Assembly: GCA_036559465.1 (NCBI GenBank)
Contig: DATBTC010000063.1
Coordinates: 2,497 to 66,496 of the forward strand
Direction of reading: 5' to 3'
DNA: 64,000 nt
From: Xanthobacteraceae bacterium
GTDB lineage: Bacteria; Pseudomonadota; Alphaproteobacteria; Rhizobiales; Xanthobacteraceae
Part shown: one piece after another, positions 60,630-64,000 of the stretch
How positions within the stretch are numbered: the stretch's first letter is position 1
Layout of the letters: each line of letters opens with the position of its first letter
Made by a program: the position numbers and the translations under genes
The notes under the pieces: generated by a model
Databases searched by the model: none
Told to the model about the DNA's origin: nothing
What the model saw: the letters and a program-made list of their open reading frames with translations, nothing else

Positions 60630-61553
60630 ATGTCCACCACCCTCTTCATCGTCCAAACGCTGAACGGGCTGCAGCTCGGCGTGCTGCTGTTCCTGATCGC
60701 CGCCGGGCTGACGCTCGTGTTCGGCGTGATGGACTTCATCAATCTCGCCCATGGCGTGCAGTACATGCTGGGTGCGTATCTGGCCGTCACCTTCTACGGC
60801 CTCACCGGAAATTTCGGCTATGCGCTGGTGCTCGCGCTCATTGCCGCACTGCTCATCGGGCTGCTCGTCGAGGTGCTCGTGTTCCGGCATCTCTACGAGC
60901 GCGACCATCTCGATCAGGTGCTTGCCACCTTCGGCGTGATCCTGTTCGTGAACGAAGGCGTGAAGATCGTCTGGGGAGCGGCGCCGCGGAACTTGCCGAT
61001 ACCCGACTTTTTCTCCGGCTCCTTGCGGCTGATTGACGGGCTGAACTACCCGATCTGGCGGCTCTGCATCATCGCCTCCGGGCTCTTGGTCGCGGCCGGC
61101 CTGTGGTTCGTGGTGACCAAGACCCGCATCGGCATGCGCATTCGCGCCGGCGCCACCAATGCGGCCATGGTTTCGGCGCTCGGCGTCGACGTACGGCGGT
61201 TGTTTACCGTCGTGTTCGGCTTCGGCGCCATGCTCGCGGGTTTCGCCGGCGTAATGGTGGCGCCGATTCTCTCGGTCGAGCCCGGCATGGGCGACAGCGT
61301 ATTGATTCTGGCCTTCGTCGTGATCGTGATCGGCGGCATCGGCTCGATCCGCGGCGCCTTCCTCGGCGCGCTTTTGGTCGGCCTCGTCGATACGCTCGGC
61401 CGCTCGTTCGCGACCGATCTATTCCGGCTGTTTCTCGACACGTCCGCCGCGCGCCAGGTAGGTCCGGCCGTCGCGTCCATGCTGATTTATCTCTTGATGG
61501 CGCTCGTGTTGCTGCTGAAACCGGCAGGCCTGTTTCCGGCCAAGGGGCGCTGA
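60630..61553 (+). CDS. branched-chain amino acid ABC transporter permease (LivH-like)
   Basis: 307 aa, multi-pass membrane protein. VFGVMDFINLAHG motif typical of LivH. Confidence 0.88.
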   Translation: MSTTLFIVQTLNGLQLGVLLFLIAAGLTLVFGVMDFINLAHGVQYMLGAYLAVTFYGLTGNFGYALVLALIAALLIGLLVEVLVFRHLYERDHLDQVLATFGVILFVNEGVKIVWGAAPRNLPIPDFFSGSLRLIDGLNYPIWRLCIIASGLLVAAGLWFVVTKTRIGMRIRAGATNAAMVSALGVDVRRLFTVVFGFGAMLAGFAGVMVAPILSVEPGMGDSVLILAFVVIVIGGIGSIRGAFLGALLVGLVDTLGRSFATDLFRLFLDTSAARQVGPAVASMLIYLLMALVLLLKPAGLFPAKGR

Positions 61554-62521
61554 TGACCGAGCCCAAATCCAGCGCCCGCGCGGACCGTTTCGCGATCACG
61601 CTTCCGCTAGCACTTTTTATCGTGCTCGCCCTGATGCCGCTGCTTGCCCATTATCTTCCAGGCGAGCGCTATGTGATCGGGCTGTTCGCCCGCGTGATGA
61701 TCTTCGCCATCGCCGCAATCAGCCTCGATCTGATTCTCGGCTATGGCGGGCTGGTGAGCTTCGGCCACGCGGCCTTTCTCGGCCTTGGCGCCTATGCGGT
61801 CGGCATAACGGCTGCGCACGGCATCACAGACGTGACCGTTGTGCTGCCAGTCGCACTTGCCGCCGCCGCGTTGTTCGCGCTTGCCACCGGCGCCATCGCC
61901 ATGCGCACGCGCGGCGTCTATTTTATCATGATCACGCTCGCTTTCGGCCAGATGGCCTATTACACGGCGACCTCGCTTTCGCAGTACGGCGGCGACGACG
62001 GCTTGCGGTTGGCCGCGCGCTCTACCGTGCTCGGCCTTCCGGTGCTCGCCGATTCGCGCGGGTTCTACTTCGCGGTGCTCGCTGCGCTTGTCGTCGTCTA
62101 TCTCCTGTGCCGCATGATCGTCGCCTCGCGCTTCGGCCGCGTGTTGCGCGCCGCGCGCGAGAACCCGGTGCGCACGGAGACCATGGGCTACAACGTCCAT
62201 GCCTTCCGCCTCACGGCCTATGTGATCTCGGGCTGCATCTGCGCGATCGCGGGCTTTCTGCTCGCCAACCAGAATTCGTTCGTCAGCCCCGCCTATATGT
62301 CATGGCAGCGCTCCGGCGAGCTGATCGTGATGGTGATCCTGGGCGGCATGGGCTCGCTGCACGGAGCGGTGCTCGGGAGTCTCGTCTATCTGCTGCTCGA
62401 GGAGCTGCTTTCGGGGTTCACCGAGCATTGGAAGGTGATTTTCGGTCCGCTCCTGGTGCTGGTGGTCTTGTTCGCGCGTGGTGGGCTCATGGGACTGTTC
62501 GGGGGAGGGCGCCGTGGCTGA
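61553..62521 (+). CDS. branched-chain amino acid ABC transporter permease (LivM-like)
   Basis: ORF 61103..62521 trimmed to the ATG at 61553, which overlaps the LivH-like stop (TGATG). LDLILGYGGLVSFGHAAFLGLGAY. Confidence 0.88.
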   Translation: MTEPKSSARADRFAITLPLALFIVLALMPLLAHYLPGERYVIGLFARVMIFAIAAISLDLILGYGGLVSFGHAAFLGLGAYAVGITAAHGITDVTVVLPVALAAAALFALATGAIAMRTRGVYFIMITLAFGQMAYYTATSLSQYGGDDGLRLAARSTVLGLPVLADSRGFYFAVLAALVVVYLLCRMIVASRFGRVLRAARENPVRTETMGYNVHAFRLTAYVISGCICAIAGFLLANQNSFVSPAYMSWQRSGELIVMVILGGMGSLHGAVLGSLVYLLLEELLSGFTEHWKVIFGPLLVLVVLFARGGLMGLFGGGRRG

Positions 62522-63266
62522 GCCGATCCTTCGCCTTGAGAGTTTGCGTAAGAATTTCGGCGGGCTCCGCGTCACCGACGACGTATCACTCGAGATTCAG
62601 CCGGGCGAGGTGCATGCCATCATCGGTCCCAATGGCGCCGGCAAGACGACGCTGTTGAACGAGATTTCCGGGCTGGTTCCGGTCGATGCCGGACATATCC
62701 GTTTCGAAGGAACGGATATTACCGGCACTCCTGCGCACCACCGCGCGCGCCTTGGAATCGCCCGCAGCTTCCAGATCACGTCGATCATCCCCGGCTTCTC
62801 GGTGCAGGAGAACGTGACGCTCGCAGTTCAAGCGCGGTCGGGTTCGAGCTTCCGCTTCCTCTGGCCCGCAGCGAGCGAGCGGCGTCTCGAGGAAGCGGCC
62901 GAGGATGCGCTCGAACAGGTCGGCCTTTCGGTTCGCGCGCGGCAGCCTGCCGGCACCCTTTCGCACGGCGAGAAGCGCTCGCTCGAGCTTGCGATCACGT
63001 TGGCGCTACAGCCGAAACTCTTGCTGCTCGACGAACCCATGGCCGGCACTGGCCGCGGCGAGGGCGAGCGATTGATCGAGACGCTGCGCACGCTCAAGGG
63101 CCGCTTCACGTTCCTGCTGGTCGAGCACGACATGCGTGCTGTCTTTGCGCTCGCCGATCGCATCACGGTGCTGGTTTATGGCCGTGTGATCGCGGCGGGC
63201 ACGCCCGACGAAATCCGCGCCAATGCCGAGGTGCGCAACGCCTATCTCGGAGAGGAGGCGGCCTGA
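62514..63266 (+). CDS. ABC transporter ATP-binding protein (LivG-like)
   Basis: GTG at 62514 preceded by GGGGGAGGG. Walker A GPNGAGKTT, signature LSHGEKRSLELA, Walker B LLLLDEP. Confidence 0.88.
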   Translation: MAEPILRLESLRKNFGGLRVTDDVSLEIQPGEVHAIIGPNGAGKTTLLNEISGLVPVDAGHIRFEGTDITGTPAHHRARLGIARSFQITSIIPGFSVQENVTLAVQARSGSSFRFLWPAASERRLEEAAEDALEQVGLSVRARQPAGTLSHGEKRSLELAITLALQPKLLLLDEPMAGTGRGEGERLIETLRTLKGRFTFLLVEHDMRAVFALADRITVLVYGRVIAAGTPDEIRANAEVRNAYLGEEAA

Positions 63267-63961
63267 TGCTGGTCGTCGAGGGTCTTGAGACATCCTACGG
63301 CTCGAGCCAGGTACTGTTCGGCGTTTCGCTTCAAGTCGGCCCCGGCGAGGTGGTGACGCTGCTGGGCCGCAACGGCATGGGCAAGACCACCACGATCAAG
63401 ACCATCTTCGGCCTGGTGCCGGCGCAGACCGGCCGCATCGCCTTCGAAGGTCGCGAGTTGCTCGGCGTTCCGCCCTACCGGATCGCCCAGGCCGGCCTTG
63501 GCCTGGTTCCGGAAGGTCGGCAGATTTTTCCGACCCTGACGGTCGAGGAGAACCTCGTCGCCACCGCCTCGACGCGCTCCGGCGCGCATTGGACAATGGC
63601 GCGTATCCTGGAAATGTTTCCCGAACTCGCCGAGCGGCGAAAGAACTACGGCGGCGAACTTTCCGGCGGCGAGCAGCAAATGCTCGCGATCGGCCGCGCG
63701 CTGATGACCAACCCCAAGCTTCTGGTGCTCGACGAGGCGACCGAGGGGCTGGCGCCGCGCGTGCGCGCGGAGATCTGGAGCTGCCTCGCGCGCCTCAAGG
63801 CCGAGAAACTGTCGATCTTGGTGATCGACAAGAACGTCGACGCGCTGATCGCGCTCGCCGATCGCCACGTGATCCTGGAAAAGGGCCACGTAGTCTGGAG
63901 CGGAACCAGCGCGGCGCTCGCCTCCGACCCGGTCGCTAAGGAGCGCTATCTCTTGGTCTGA
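63266..63961 (+). CDS. ABC transporter ATP-binding protein (LivF-like)
   Basis: 231 aa. The start overlaps the previous stop (TGATG). Walker A GRNGMGKTT, signature LSGGEQQMLAIG, Walker B LLVLDEAT. Confidence 0.9.
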   Translation: MLVVEGLETSYGSSQVLFGVSLQVGPGEVVTLLGRNGMGKTTTIKTIFGLVPAQTGRIAFEGRELLGVPPYRIAQAGLGLVPEGRQIFPTLTVEENLVATASTRSGAHWTMARILEMFPELAERRKNYGGELSGGEQQMLAIGRALMTNPKLLVLDEATEGLAPRVRAEIWSCLARLKAEKLSILVIDKNVDALIALADRHVILEKGHVVWSGTSAALASDPVAKERYLLV

Positions 63962-64000
63962 GCGGTCCGTTGCGGGGAGGGCGGGCTTCGTTTAAGTCAG

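Noticed and set aside
59310-60908. 532-aa ORF on the minus strand
   Set aside because: It is antisense to the Liv-type substrate-binding protein and permease genes. No recognisable motifs; a high-GC antisense artefact. The same reasoning applies to 6776..8863(+), 10162..11343(-), 22141..23655(+), 32989..34524(+), 43346..44131(-) and the many shorter overlapping ORFs in the track.

Overview
High-GC (about 65%) alphaproteobacterial chromosome segment, order Hyphomicrobiales/Rhizobiales. It looks Bradyrhizobium-family-like, judged from an Irr carrying a Cys-Pro motif, the irr/fabA-fabB-fabI arrangement and a RegB/RegA-type two-component pair. I recognise 59 protein genes and no rRNA, tRNA, CRISPR or IS element. 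Most of the window is tightly packed core housekeeping. In order: gyrB 3' end, qor, an irr/fabABI block, an adenylate cyclase, the canonical rimP-nusA-ylxR-infB-rbfA-truB-rpsO-pnp block, trmB, metK. Then lnt-corC-ybeY-ybeZ-miaB, fur, rimI-tsaB, an Nfu-type protein, trpS, maeB, mutS, glnD, a class A PBP, phaZ, an ABC-2 exporter, regB/regA and a Liv-type ABC importer at the 3' end. The stand-out is a small accessory islet at about 54.47-59.25 kb between regA and the Liv transporter. It encodes a 122-aa protein made of four tandem copies of a 17-aa block (LDExKLLGLRTNG[YF]A[VI]G) whose copies differ almost only at synonymous sites. An HExxH-motif enzyme gene lies directly downstream of it, and an ATP-grasp ligase gene is transcribed divergently. 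I interpret this as a candidate multi-core RiPP (graspetide-like, possibly hydroxylated) cluster whose core motif I do not recognise; this is inference and needs HMM, co-occurrence and mass-spectrometry tests. Secondary observations: a 3-gene insertion between mutS and glnD with an AT-rich promoter holding a perfect 17-bp palindrome. Also a TTAA-N7-TTAA (CtrA-box-like) site upstream of the PBP gene, a repeated REP-like hairpin, a structured rpsO-pnp leader, and convergent gene pairs whose stop codons sit inside short palindromes. Starts were trimmed from the ORF track by homology-style reasoning. Coordinates of small motifs may be off by 1-2 nt, because my manual indexing disagreed with the ORF track by one base around 50.58-51.4 kb.
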